A stretch of 64,000 nucleotides of DNA from Nitrospirota bacterium (GCA_963737155.1 CAVTRN010000001.1:672001-736000), one strand, 5' to 3'; positions 48,800 through 58,403 are shown, counted from the first letter of the stretch. Translations and numbers: made by a program. Notes: generated by a model not told the origin, from the sequence alone.

Positions 48800-50320
48800 C
48801 GTTGCCTCATAATAAAATGTTACCGGAAGATAATATGAACTTAGTCAGGTTTTTTAGTTGAAATTTATCTATGAGGCTCTCAAATATAACTGACTCCTCT
48901 GGCCAAGACACTTTTAGAGATTTAGGATGTAACACATCGCAGCTTAAAAAATAGGCTTCGTAGGATGGCTGTATTTGAATTCTCTGAGGCTGGGACATAC
49001 CTCACCATACTCCTCATTCGGCCTCTTATAGCAATCTGCCCGCTTCCGCCTCGATAGCGGCGATCGCATAGATGTAAGATTTGAATTTAAGGTTTTCCTC
49101 CAAGGATATTCTGAGTTCAAACGGGTTTAGTGTTTTGTATTGTTCTTTGAGGTTTTGCTTTATTTCTTCCGAGACCTGGGGAGACTCCAGAACTCTTTGA
49201 TAAGGGGTTTTGGGCTTATCATAGCGTTTCACTGTCTTTGAAGCAATACGTTTCTTCTCTATCAGCTTCATCGAAGGGCAGAAGAAGTTCAGAAACAGCC
49301 TCCACTCGGAGGTATAGAGTTCGTTCATGAGAGGAACGACTTCTGGAGAGTCTAGACGATCATAACCGAGCCATTGTCTAACGTGGGTCCAGTTCTTCTG
49401 CTCCACGTGGGCATTATCGTCTTTTTTATAGGCCCTGCTCCGAGTAAACTGGGTCGGCCGATTTCTATCCTCTGTCAGATACCTGAGAAGGTGGTAGTTC
49501 AGGAACTCACTGCCATTGTCCGAGTCAAATCCCAAAATTGGGAACGGCAGGGAGCGTTCAATATCCTTGATCTGGTCGATAACGCCCTGATAGTTTTTGC
49601 CCCAGACGGCGCGCTGTTCCGTCCAACCTGTGGCGATTTCCACGCAGTCAACAGTATTGGCATACATGCCTTCAGTGGAGCTTCCGCAATGGGCAACGGT
49701 GTCCGCTTCCAGGAATCCGGGTCGAAATTCGTTCCACTGGTTGGTCCTGATGGGGATATGATTTCTTAAGAGCGTCCCCGGTTTCGTTGTGGCCCTTCCG
49801 TGCTGCGCATATCTGGCACGGACCGGTTTTAATATCCGATCGATCGTTGGGGGTGATATACGGAGCAATGCCCCGGCCACCTCCTGGGAGATCGGCCCAT
49901 AGGTTTCGATATACCCCCGCAGCCAAAGAGGGATGATCGCCTTAAGCCGCTTGGAGCAAGGAAGGTTGGCCGCCTTCCAGATGCGCTGAAGCGGCATACG
50001 GAGGAGCTCGACGTCATATACTTGTTTTCTCCCGCGCTTGCCTGGTGTCTTTTGCGTAAAACGCCGGAATGTCCGTAAGAGTCGCAGCGCATGCTTGCGG
50101 TGATAATGACAGGCAGCGCAGAACTCGTTCAGCATTGCAGTCTTTATTTTGCGGGAGGAAACCCGGTATCGTTTGACAATCGCTTCAAGATACTCTCGTT
50201 TAGATCGTGGACTCATCAGAACTAGCCCTCCTTTTGGGGGTATAATTCCGGTAACATGAATTATGAGTCAACGATATAATTCAGGATTCACTTGGGTAAC
50301 ATTTATTGTGAGTCAATTCG
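48800..50320 (-). mobile_element. IS element (rve/integrase-core transposase, ISNCY/IS481-like) with inverted ends
   Basis: CGTTGCCTCATAATAAAATGTTACCGGAA at 48800..48828 is inverted relative to TTCCGGTAACATGAATTATGAGTCAACG at 50246..50273; a second copy lies at 50295..50320. Confidence 0.8.
49026..50216 (-). CDS. DDE transposase (integrase core domain)
   Basis: PGFLEADTVAHCG, DSDNGSEF, SRAYKKDDNAHVEQKN, TPYQR. Confidence 0.92.
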   Translation of the reverse strand: MSPRSKREYLEAIVKRYRVSSRKIKTAMLNEFCAACHYHRKHALRLLRTFRRFTQKTPGKRGRKQVYDVELLRMPLQRIWKAANLPCSKRLKAIIPLWLRGYIETYGPISQEVAGALLRISPPTIDRILKPVRARYAQHGRATTKPGTLLRNHIPIRTNQWNEFRPGFLEADTVAHCGSSTEGMYANTVDCVEIATGWTEQRAVWGKNYQGVIDQIKDIERSLPFPILGFDSDNGSEFLNYHLLRYLTEDRNRPTQFTRSRAYKKDDNAHVEQKNWTHVRQWLGYDRLDSPEVVPLMNELYTSEWRLFLNFFCPSMKLIEKKRIASKTVKRYDKPKTPYQRVLESPQVSEEIKQNLKEQYKTLNPFELRISLEENLKFKSYIYAIAAIEAEAGRLL

Positions 50321-50454
50321 GGGGGCAATTAGTAATTGACTCATCCCGCCTTTTTTGATATATTACTATACTGTATTGCAATACTTATATATTGAAAAGG
50401 TGATCTTTCATCGCACTGTTGCAGGAGCCAATAAAACAGCATTTCGAGGTTGTC

Positions 50455-50829
50455 ATGATGGTAATAACGGATTCAAAACTGCTTGCACTCAAGAAGAAGC
50501 TTATCAAACAACGTCAAGAGCTACTTTCCGAGGCCGAGCAAACGTTGAACAGTAAAATCAGCACGGAAAAAGAAAGTTTTCCCGACCCGACGGACCAGGC
50601 TGTGGCCGAACTGGATAATAATTTCCTGCTGAAACTGCGGGGTCGCGAACAGAGGCTTCTCAAGAAGATTGATGGGGCCATTTCCCGAATCGACAGCGGC
50701 AACTATGGTGTATGTGAATCCTGCGGCGGCCAGATCAATATCAAGCGCCTTGAAGCGCGGCCCGTGACAACTTTGTGCATTGAGTGCAAAACAGCGCAGG
50801 AAGAAGAGGAAAAGCGGCAGGCTGACTGA
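50455..50829 (+). CDS. dksA: RNA polymerase-binding protein DksA
   Basis: DPTDQA coiled-coil tip, CESC...RLEARP...CIEC zinc finger. Confidence 0.93.
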   Translation: MMVITDSKLLALKKKLIKQRQELLSEAEQTLNSKISTEKESFPDPTDQAVAELDNNFLLKLRGREQRLLKKIDGAISRIDSGNYGVCESCGGQINIKRLEARPVTTLCIECKTAQEEEEKRQAD

Positions 50830-50855
50830 CCCTATCCGTTTAAAACCAAATAACA

Positions 50856-51006
50856 AGTGAATTACCCCGCAGCAAGCTGCGGGGCATCGGAACTTGAAAC
50901 CTTAAAAAAGCACAACAAAGAAGCTGAAGACTTATCCTGGCTTCGCCAGGATGTCCTTTTCATCCCAGCAGCAAGCTGCTGGGTATTTCAGGACTGTTTT
51001 ATAAAT
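50856..51006 (-). mobile_element. 151-bp palindrome-ended non-autonomous IS200/IS605-type element, copy 1
   Basis: Hairpins CCCCGCAGCAAGCTGCGGGG and CCCAGCAGCAAGCTGCTGGG; identical to 57093..57243. Confidence 0.85.
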
Positions 51007-51007
51007 G

Positions 51008-51043
51008 AACAAGGGGCTAATCTAACAAGGTTAGCCCCTTGTT
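51008..51043. terminator. Bidirectional terminator-like hairpin
   Basis: AACAAGGGGCTAA...TTAGCCCCTTGTT followed by T residues. Confidence 0.7.
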
Positions 51044-51048
51044 TTCTA

Positions 51049-51092
51049 TGATGGCTGATGCTGGGATTGTACTAGAACCCTGCTGAGTGAAA
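51049..51092 (-). repeat. Degenerate copy of the tRNA-Val 3' half (att-site remnant)
   Basis: TGATGGCTGATGCTGGGATTGTACTAGAACCCTGCTGAGTGAA aligns with TGGTGGGCGATGCTGGGTTTGAACCAGCGACCCCTGCCGTGTGAA at 54708. Confidence 0.75.
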
Positions 51093-51096
51093 CAAA

Positions 51097-51420
51097 GTTT
51101 ATGCCATTACCTCTGTACATCCTCATAATCGTTAATAACAACTTTGTATTGTTTTTTTTTAGCGTAAGACCCCATTGGCATCACTAACGTGACCAAAGGC
51201 GGATAGGACTTCAGATTGAGTCCTCGTCGGCGTCTCCAAACGACACTCCGCTTTCCTGTCGCCTTCCTGCATCAGCACCACAGAGTCAAATCCATTCATG
51301 TCCTCTATCACATCTTTCGCTGTACTCTTTATGCGCGAGGAGTTGAGCCGAAGTTCCATCCGGCGTAAATGTCACTTCTTCTCAACGCGGGCAAAAATGG
51401 GCAGTGGGAGGCAGAGATTG
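51097..51420 (-). pseudogene. IS1634-like transposase C-terminal remnant and end
   Basis: LRRMELRL...TAKDVIEDM...RKAECRLETPTRTQSEVLSAFG...GVLR; homologous to 35335..35496. Family assignment is from recall only. Confidence 0.55.
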
Positions 51421-51511
51421 AATTCATAAGAATGGAAGACCTCTCCTGTTTTCTCTTTCCTAATCCCTTTCTTCTGATATAATATCCTCTATTCCAACAC
51501 CGGAGCTTCAA

Positions 51512-51727
51512 ATGGCAATTAATGCGAAAGTTGAAGGTAACAAACTAATCATAACCGCTGACCTTGAAACACTAACACCGGGTGCATTGAGAAAAAAGCT
51601 ACTGGTTGTAAGCGCAAGGGGAAACAAGGACACAGATGTGATGATTGATGGTAAGAGAGTGATTATCGGTATGAATGCTTATTTCAGGAAGACGGAAAAG
51701 GGACACCACCCGAGCTACAAAAAATAA
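51512..51727 (+). CDS. Small hypothetical protein of mobile-element type
   Basis: GGAG RBS; beta-rich MAINAKVEGNKLIITADL...GN...IGMNAY. Confidence 0.6.
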   Translation: MAINAKVEGNKLIITADLETLTPGALRKKLLVVSARGNKDTDVMIDGKRVIIGMNAYFRKTEKGHHPSYKK

Positions 51728-51737
51728 ATTGGAGGTA

Positions 51738-52199
51738 ATGATGAAGCATAAGTGGCTTGTGTCGGCGATTTATTGTCTGTTTATAATTTGTTTGTCGCTT
51801 ACATCGTTTGGAGAGGGTGCAAATGAATCCGGAAGAGATGGCAATTGGTGGCTGTCTCAATCCGCAGATTTCAAGCCCTCCTATGTTGCAGGATTCCTCG
51901 ATGGGATAGAACTTGGAAATGACTTTTCATATTGGAATTTATTAATTTCCGAAGATATAAATAAAAAGCAGTGTAGTTCTTATGCCATTGATAGTTACAC
52001 AACTTATTTTAACAAATATATGAGAAAAGTCACCGATGGTCAAATTGTAAAAGGGTTGAACGCATTCTATTCAGATTATAAAAATAAAAAAATATTATTG
52101 CACAATGCTGTATGGCTTGTTGTAAATGGTATCGAAGGAACACCACAGAAAGAACTTGATATGATGATTGAGAGTTGGAGAAAGAATACTCAAGATTAG
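51738..52199 (+). CDS. Secreted hypothetical protein
   Basis: GGAGG RBS, signal peptide, DGNWW...YVAGFLDG motif. Confidence 0.7.
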   Translation: MMKHKWLVSAIYCLFIICLSLTSFGEGANESGRDGNWWLSQSADFKPSYVAGFLDGIELGNDFSYWNLLISEDINKKQCSSYAIDSYTTYFNKYMRKVTDGQIVKGLNAFYSDYKNKKILLHNAVWLVVNGIEGTPQKELDMMIESWRKNTQD

Positions 52200-52282
52200 A
52201 TTTAAATGTTATTTGGTGGTGGTTTCGTCTTTCCGCAATAGCGGGGTTTTATTCTCGAAGCGTTAAAAGAACTTTATTTATT

Positions 52283-52560
52283 GTGTCATCCAAAATTCTT
52301 GTTGTTGACGATTCGACTGCGCTTCGTCAATTTTATATAATTACATTAGTCAGATGCATATAACCCGTTCTTGCGGCACTCAATGGACTGGAGGGACTGA
52401 ATCGACCTGCCAGTAACGCTGATGTAAATCTTCTTATTGTTGATATACATATGCCTCACGAGAACGGTCTTCAATTCATCAAGTGTATCAAGGAGCAGGA
52501 AGCCCTCCAACTTGCAACGGATCTTTTGATAAATCCATTCACATCAACAGAAATACATGC
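52283..52560 (+). pseudogene. CheY-like response regulator pseudogene
   Basis: SSKILVVDDS...*PVLAALNGLEGL...LLIVDIHMP.ENGLQFI; in-frame TAA at 52361 and an apparent internal deletion. Confidence 0.75.
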
Positions 52561-52640
52561 GGTGGGTGGAAAACATATTTCTCAAGAGGTTTTTGAATTA
52601 AAAACAGCTATAGACTCCGTATCAAGAGGAAGTCTAACCC

Positions 52641-52829
52641 ATGTTAGAAACTAAAGATTTCGCTACAGGATGCCTGACGATAATATTATGCATAATATTA
52701 ATTCCATTATTTTATCTCGTCTTCAGATTGGCTCTCTACTTTGCTATTTTTATCGCAATCGTGATTGGAATTACCGTAGGGATAACTTTTATAGGAAGAA
52801 TTGTTAGATACTTTGTCACCGGGAAATGA
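52641..52829 (+). CDS. Small membrane protein
   Basis: 62 aa, almost entirely hydrophobic; GAGGA RBS. Confidence 0.5.
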   Translation: MLETKDFATGCLTIILCIILIPLFYLVFRLALYFAIFIAIVIGITVGITFIGRIVRYFVTGK

Positions 52830-53115
52830 TTTTGTAATTAAAACTGGTTCTGCTTCTACTTATTCTCGCTCTGCCCTTCAACGTATCTGCAAAAGATCTC
52901 ACGCTTAACAATACTTCTATTCAAGTTTATTTCTCTCCCAACGTGGGTTGCACAGAAGCCATCGTAAATGTCTCGACAAGGTAAAGACTGAAATGTTGGT
53001 TCAAGCCTATTCTGTGACATCAAGACCATAGCCAAAGCTCTCGCAGAATCTCACCAACGAAGAGGCCAGGTAGAAATCATTCTCGACAAATCTAAGCGGT
53101 CTAAAATTATAGTGC
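52830..53115 (+). pseudogene. Phospholipase D/Nuc-family nuclease remnant
   Basis: Signal peptide, QVYFSP.VGCTEAIV, LVQAYS.TS, AKAL, VEIILDKS, with frameshifts; truncated before the HxK motif. Confidence 0.75.
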
Positions 53116-53434
53116 GTGAGGTTTCACTGCTCATATAATCCAAATTTGAGGCGGGTGCTATCTGATAATCAGAAAAAGTCAATCGCTGAACGGACAAGAA
53201 CCTATCGTTTTAAGAAAAAGAAACATTTTCCCGGCCTGAGAAGGGTAAAGCATAAGGCAGGGGCAGCAATCGGGATTTACCATGACGAAAAATATGCTGA
53301 ATACAACATCAAGAGCCGATTATGCAGGGCGAGAGCTGCCTAAACTAAGCAGTGGTGTGCCAAAAATCTCTTGATAATCACTACATAATAATTCAGTGTG
53401 CAGTGAATTGTGCAATGCATAACGGAGAGTAATA

Positions 53435-53710
53435 ATGAAAACGGTCATGGAAGAACAAGATATTCAAGCGATAGCCGAGCGCGTAGCGTCTATTCTTGCG
53501 CCGCTTCTTTTCCCGAAAAAGGAAACGGATTGAATCTTATCCGTTCGAGACCTCGCCGAATATCTCCGGGTGTCCGTGAAATGGGTATATGACCACTCGT
53601 TTGAACTGCCGAAGTTCAAGGTGAAGGGAAAGCTCCGTTTTCGAAAAAGTGAAATTGACGACTTGATTGTCAAATGGGCATTGGAAGAGCAAACAAAAAA
53701 AGGCGGATGA
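53435..53710 (+). pseudogene. Excisionase-like helix-turn-helix gene with one in-frame TGA
   Basis: MKTVMEEQDIQAIAERVA...ETD*ILSVRDLAEYLRVSVKWVY...LRFRKSEIDD. Confidence 0.75.
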
Positions 53711-53962
53711 TAACGTTGACAAATCCAATTGACCATTGGTATAATTATGCCTTGAAGCCAGATGAGCTTAAAAAATGGTGAGCGGACAACGGATACACGC
53801 AAGGCGAACTCGGGGAGTTTTAGGTGTAGCGCTTTGCAGCATTTCTCGATGGAAGGAAAATGGAAAACAAGCTTTTCCCTCTATTCTCCCTTTGGCTTTG
53901 AAGTCAATCCCAAGAAAGAGAGGCAAGAAGAAAGCAGACACAGCGAAGATGAAAGGAAGGAG

Positions 53963-54250
53963 GTGGAAAAGTTGAAGAGACATGTTGTGATAGTCGCGGC
54001 TGTTCTTTTAATGCTACTTGAGACCGGTTACACCTATGCTGACAATGAACACACCGCCTATTTGAAAAGTGCCGTAAGCGCATGTGAGCATAAAGTTCAA
54101 CAGACTGTTGAGCGTGATTTTAGTGCCTATGTCAGAAACGATAGTCAAATAAATTGGCTCGGGACAGCTAAAGCAGTCTTTGAATTTAAAAAATGTATGG
54201 CATCTATCGGAATTGATGTTGATGAAACGTCGAAGCCGCAAAACAGGTAG
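53963..54250 (+). CDS. Small secreted hypothetical protein
   Basis: AGGAGG RBS, signal peptide VVIVAAVLLMLL...YA, two Cys; start approximate. Confidence 0.55.
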   Translation: MEKLKRHVVIVAAVLLMLLETGYTYADNEHTAYLKSAVSACEHKVQQTVERDFSAYVRNDSQINWLGTAKAVFEFKKCMASIGIDVDETSKPQNR

Positions 54251-54277
54251 TTTAATCAAGAAAGGAGATTCAAAGTA

Positions 54278-54630
54278 TGATGAGAAAAAGGAATTTATAA
54301 GCGTGGTGAAACATGATGGATTCGCTACACAGCACTTGATGGCAAAATGAAACGCAAGTCTACGGGTAGCGACAAGTACAAAGACGCCGAATATATATTA
54401 AGTGCGGAAAAGAAGGCCGTCCAAGAAGGCCTGTAGCAAGCGAAAATAACCGGCTTTACGTTCCATGACCTTAGGCACACTTTCGCTTCTCAATTAATCA
54501 TGGCGGGAGTGGAACGTACGACGATCAAGGAGCTTTTAGGACACAAAGATATAAAGATGACTCTCCGCTATTCGCACCTTGCCCCAGTTACAAGATGAGA
54601 GCCATAAACGTACTCGACAACCTCTTGAAC
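54278..54630 (+). pseudogene. Tyrosine integrase remnant with central deletion
   Basis: N-terminal GIYKRG..*WIRY..DGK..RKSTG joined to FHDLRHTFAS.L...KELLGH...MTLRYSHL. Confidence 0.88.
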
Positions 54631-54707
54631 CCCTCCCTGAACAGCACAATTACTGTACAAGAAGCAGAAAAGGAGTCAACCTATGTCAGCTAACTCCCTG
54701 ATTTACA

Positions 54708-54782
54708 TGGTGGGCGATGCTGGGTTTGAACCAGCGACCCCTGCCGTGTGAAGGCAGTGCTCTCCCGCTGAGCTAATCGCCC
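54708..54782 (-). tRNA. tRNA-Val (anticodon CAC)
   Basis: GGGCGATTAGCTCAGCGGGAGAGCACTGCCTTCACACGGCAGGGGTCGCTGGTTCAAACCCAGCATCGCCCACCA; full cloverleaf with encoded CCA. Confidence 0.97.
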
Positions 54783-54847
54783 AAAACGTTTACTTTTTAG
54801 CATGAGAGATGCTTATTAGTCAAGCTAAATCTGCTGCTAAATGAGTC

Positions 54848-56011
54848 TCACTCGATTGCTAGTATTGCGCACTTCAGGTACAGCGTCTCCCGCGCCGCGA
54901 GCAGAATCGGGTGGTCCCTGGCTTGCGTGCGCATTTCCCGCAAGTAAACCGTTCTGCCCGCTGAGTATGCTGCATCGATCAGCATTTCTCTGAACAGATC
55001 CTGATCGATATGGTGGGAACAGGAACATGTGACAAGCGTCCCGCCCGGTTCGAGCAGCTTCATTGCGCGGAGATTGATTTCCTTGTAACCTTTCAGTGCC
55101 TCGCGCACCTTGGCCCTACTTTTGACGAATGCGGGCGGATCCAGGATTATGCAGCCGAACCGTTCATGCTTTTTTTCGAGAACCCGCAGTTCCTCGAACA
55201 CGTCGGCTTTCCTGAAGCACGCCGGTAATCCGTTTCGTGCGGCATTTTCGGACGCAAATTTTATCGCTATTTCCGATGAATCGAGACCGGTGATTTCCGA
55301 CGCGCCGAACCGCGCAGCGCTGAGCGACCATGCGCCCACATAGCAGAAACAGTCGAGCACCCGCTGCCCAACTACGTAGTCTTTGAGTGTCTGCCGGTTT
55401 TCGCGCTGGTCAAAAAAAAAGCCCGTCTTCTGGCCTTCCAGTACATCCACCTGATAAACGATTCCCGACTCCTCGATCGTGACCGGACCAAGGATGGAAC
55501 CCTCTATCACCCGTTTCTCAAGGGGCAGGCCTTCTAATGCCCGGGAGGCCGAATCGTTTCGCAGTACTATCGCCTCCGGCGTGAATATCTCCTTCAGTAC
55601 TCCGGTAATCTCGCCGAGCAGACGGTCGATCCCGGCTGTGAGTGATTGCACTACAAGGGTATTCGAGTACTTGTCCACGATTAGCCCGGGCAGGCCGTCG
55701 CCTTCGCTGTACACGGCACGATAAGATTCACCGAACCCCAGGCGCGTTCTCAGCTCTCGTGCTGCTAAAATTCTTTTTCGGATGAAATCTGTGTTGATCT
55801 CTTCTAGATTGCGGGTAAGAATGCGGACGGCAATAAGTGAGCGGGGGTTGATATAGCCTCGGCCGATGAATCTACCCGACACATCAAGCACGTCGACGAT
55901 GTCGCCCGGAACAAGTTCTCTCGGGAGCTCCCTGAGCTCGTTGCTGAACACCCAGGGATGACCTCGCGTAATACGGCGATCTTCTTTTTGTTTGAGATGA
56001 ACGATTTTCAT
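54848..56011 (-). CDS. RlmI-like PUA-domain SAM-dependent rRNA methyltransferase
   Basis: GHPWVFSNE, EGDGLPGLIVD, GQKTGFFFDQRENR, LDPPAF, TCSCS. Confidence 0.92.
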   Translation of the reverse strand: MKIVHLKQKEDRRITRGHPWVFSNELRELPRELVPGDIVDVLDVSGRFIGRGYINPRSLIAVRILTRNLEEINTDFIRKRILAARELRTRLGFGESYRAVYSEGDGLPGLIVDKYSNTLVVQSLTAGIDRLLGEITGVLKEIFTPEAIVLRNDSASRALEGLPLEKRVIEGSILGPVTIEESGIVYQVDVLEGQKTGFFFDQRENRQTLKDYVVGQRVLDCFCYVGAWSLSAARFGASEITGLDSSEIAIKFASENAARNGLPACFRKADVFEELRVLEKKHERFGCIILDPPAFVKSRAKVREALKGYKEINLRAMKLLEPGGTLVTCSCSHHIDQDLFREMLIDAAYSAGRTVYLREMRTQARDHPILLAARETLYLKCAILAIE

Positions 56012-56101
56012 GGGCGGAGTTAATAGGCAGTGCGCAGAGGGCAGGTAAACACGGCACAAAGCAGATTTTCGCGCATTACACTTTGCACCCCGCCCCGTTT
56101 A

Positions 56102-57037
56102 CTACAGCCGGTTCTCGATGTTTGCGTCACTCCTAAGCGACTGTAGCCATGTCCGGTAGGTATTTTCCATCTTCTGCTGATAGAGTGCATTCATGATTTC
56201 ATCTTTAACTTTTTCAAAAGGCTTAACCTGCGTCCTCACTTCTTCAAGCCGTATGATGTGAAACCCGCCGCCGCATAGGATTGGTCCGGCAATCTCCCCT
56301 GCTTTAAGGTCGCGGGCCGCTTTCTCGATCTCGGGCTGCAGGTTCTGTCGCTCCATGAATCCCAGGTCTCCGTCCGACGATACAGCCCCCTGCGAGTGCT
56401 CACGGACCAACTCCAGAAAATCATCACCCTTTTTTGCGCGATCACATGTTGCCAGCGCCTTCGATTTGATGTCGGCAATCTGATCCGGCGTAGCGTTTTC
56501 GGGCACGGGGAAGTAAATCTGGCGCAGCCGAACTTCCTCTGGCACCGCGTAAGATTTCCGGTTCCGATCGTAATACGCGCGGACCTCCGCCTCGTCAACA
56601 GCGATGCCGGAGCGAACATACTTGCCAATCATGCGCGACAGCGTCATCTGTTCCCGAAGTGCCGATTTATATTGATCAAGCGTAAGCCCTTCCTTGGCGA
56701 GGGCCTCCTCAAACCGTTTCGCATCCAGGGAATTCCTCTTCATGATGTCCGCAATGGCGTCTGCGAGTTCTTTGTCCGTTACATCCATTCCCGCACGTTT
56801 TGCTGCATCCATCTGAAGCTTCCGGTCGATCATGTCTTCAAGCAGTTGGCGCTCATCGGTATTCGCGTTGACCTTCTTGAGCGCTTCCTCACGTTGGAGA
56901 TCACTCAAAGTGATTATTTCGTTGTTCACCACGGCAACCACGCGGTCCACAATGACTGTCCCGCTCGCCGAGCTCTGAAGACTGAAGGAAAGCAACAATG
57001 CTAGCGATGCAGTTAATGACAAAATGATTTTTTTCAA
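56102..57037 (-). CDS. SurA-like chaperone / parvulin PPIase
   Basis: VDRVVAVVNNEIITLSD, GDLG, GFHIIRL; TTG start after GGGGAG. Confidence 0.9.
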   Translation of the reverse strand: MKKIILSLTASLALLLSFSLQSSASGTVIVDRVVAVVNNEIITLSDLQREEALKKVNANTDERQLLEDMIDRKLQMDAAKRAGMDVTDKELADAIADIMKRNSLDAKRFEEALAKEGLTLDQYKSALREQMTLSRMIGKYVRSGIAVDEAEVRAYYDRNRKSYAVPEEVRLRQIYFPVPENATPDQIADIKSKALATCDRAKKGDDFLELVREHSQGAVSSDGDLGFMERQNLQPEIEKAARDLKAGEIAGPILCGGGFHIIRLEEVRTQVKPFEKVKDEIMNALYQQKMENTYRTWLQSLRSDANIENRL

Positions 57038-57092
57038 TTGCAACTCCCCACCGTATCGCCGCCTTTTTGCTTTCTGTTGCCTTTTGGCGGTG

Positions 57093-57243
57093 AGTGAATT
57101 ACCCCGCAGCAAGCTGCGGGGCATCGGAACTTGAAACCTTAAAAAAGCACAACAAAGAAGCTGAAGACTTATCCTGGCTTCGCCAGGATGTCCTTTTCAT
57201 CCCAGCAGCAAGCTGCTGGGTATTTCAGGACTGTTTTATAAAT
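57093..57243 (-). mobile_element. 151-bp palindrome-ended element, copy 2
   Basis: Identical to 50856..51006 (offset 6237). Confidence 0.85.
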
Positions 57244-57398
57244 TAAGATTCGCCCTCATGCCCTAGGAAATTGAAATCTACAAAGGCCGACTCGCCGCCT
57301 GCATCCTGGAAATTCGTGTTTGGTTCGAAAAAGCAGCAACGGACTCTTTAAATTACTACTTTTGACCTTCTAGAACAAGCCCCTTTTCTCAGAGCATA

Positions 57399-58403
57399 TC
57401 AATCCTTTGGAATGTCTGCGGGACTCTTCTCCTCCTGAGATAGCTGTCCCAGAACCTGGTAATTCACTGCAAACTTGGTTCGCGAACGGAGTTCCTTGAG
57501 CCATTGCTTGTAACGGTCGTCCTCTTTCGTCCGCCGCAGTTTTTCGTTGATTTCCTTGTAGGCATTTTCTAGACTTATGCTGCCAGCCTTCCGCCGATCC
57601 TCGAGTTTGAAGACGTGGTACCCGTAGGGACTCTTTACAATCCCGCTGATTCCTCCCTTGGGCAACCCGAAGACCACATTAAACGCTGCCGGCATCTCCC
57701 CTTGGGCAAAATAGCCAAGATCCCCACCTTTCTCCGCCTCCGGTGCCATTGATTTTTTGCGCGCAATCTTCGCGAAGTCGGCGTTTGCGGCCTGCAAAAG
57801 TTCTAGCACTTTCCGGGCTTCCTCCTCGGTAGAGACAACAATCTGGCGTACGCGGACCTGTTCCGACTTTATAAATTCCTGCGGGTTAGCCTCGTAATAG
57901 CGCCTGATCTCAGACTGCGTTACAGTCACGCGCTGGTTCAGGTCGCGGGCAAGCAGCCGATCGATCATCATGTCTTCCCAGATATCGGATTTCCATTTTT
58001 CGTAATCAATGCCGAGCCCGGCGAGCACCTCCCTGATGTCCTTCCCTTGCTCGATGCGAAGCTTCTCGATCCGTGCATTGATGTCGGAAGGACCGATCCT
58101 GATTCGCCTGCGCTGGGCCTCCAGCAGCAGCATCTTTCGCTCGATGAGTCTGTTCAGAAATTCTTCCTTGATCTCGCGTTCTGCCCCGGGATCCGGCTTA
58201 AATCCCGCCCGACCAAACCGATCTTGAAATTCGGCAAGCGTAATAGGGTAGCCGTTTACGGTTGCCACAACCTGGGCATCGGCCGTTACCGCCGGCACCG
58301 CGGTTACGACCGATTTTTCGTCGACCTTTTTACTGCATCCAAAAAATAGTAGCCCCAGAAAAAATGCTGGGGCTACACAGTTTGTGAGTCGCTGGATTTT
58401 CAT
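57399..58403 (-). CDS. PrsA/PpiC-type peptidyl-prolyl isomerase lipoprotein
   Basis: Lipobox FFGC, VATVNG..IT, GGDLGYF, SPYGYHVF. Confidence 0.92.
   Translation of the reverse strand: MKIQRLTNCVAPAFFLGLLFFGCSKKVDEKSVVTAVPAVTADAQVVATVNGYPITLAEFQDRFGRAGFKPDPGAEREIKEEFLNRLIERKMLLLEAQRRRIRIGPSDINARIEKLRIEQGKDIREVLAGLGIDYEKWKSDIWEDMMIDRLLARDLNQRVTVTQSEIRRYYEANPQEFIKSEQVRVRQIVVSTEEEARKVLELLQAANADFAKIARKKSMAPEAEKGGDLGYFAQGEMPAAFNVVFGLPKGGISGIVKSPYGYHVFKLEDRRKAGSISLENAYKEINEKLRRTKEDDRYKQWLKELRSRTKFAVNYQVLGQLSQEEKSPADIPKD

Larger units (their letters stand above)
51049..54752. mobile_element. Decayed integrative island at tRNA-Val
   Basis: att-like repeats at both ends, integrase remnant next to the tRNA, xis-like remnant, AT-rich pseudogenes. 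Confidence 0.8.

Noticed and set aside
50857-51051. ORF MNYPAASCGAS... and the extended N-terminus of 56102..57124
   Set aside because: Both are translations of the 151-bp palindromic element, not genuine protein sequence.
53531-53533. In-frame TGA as possible selenocysteine or recoding
   Set aside because: The position is a linker in an HTH protein rather than a Cys site, and surrounding genes are decayed; simple nonsense is more likely.
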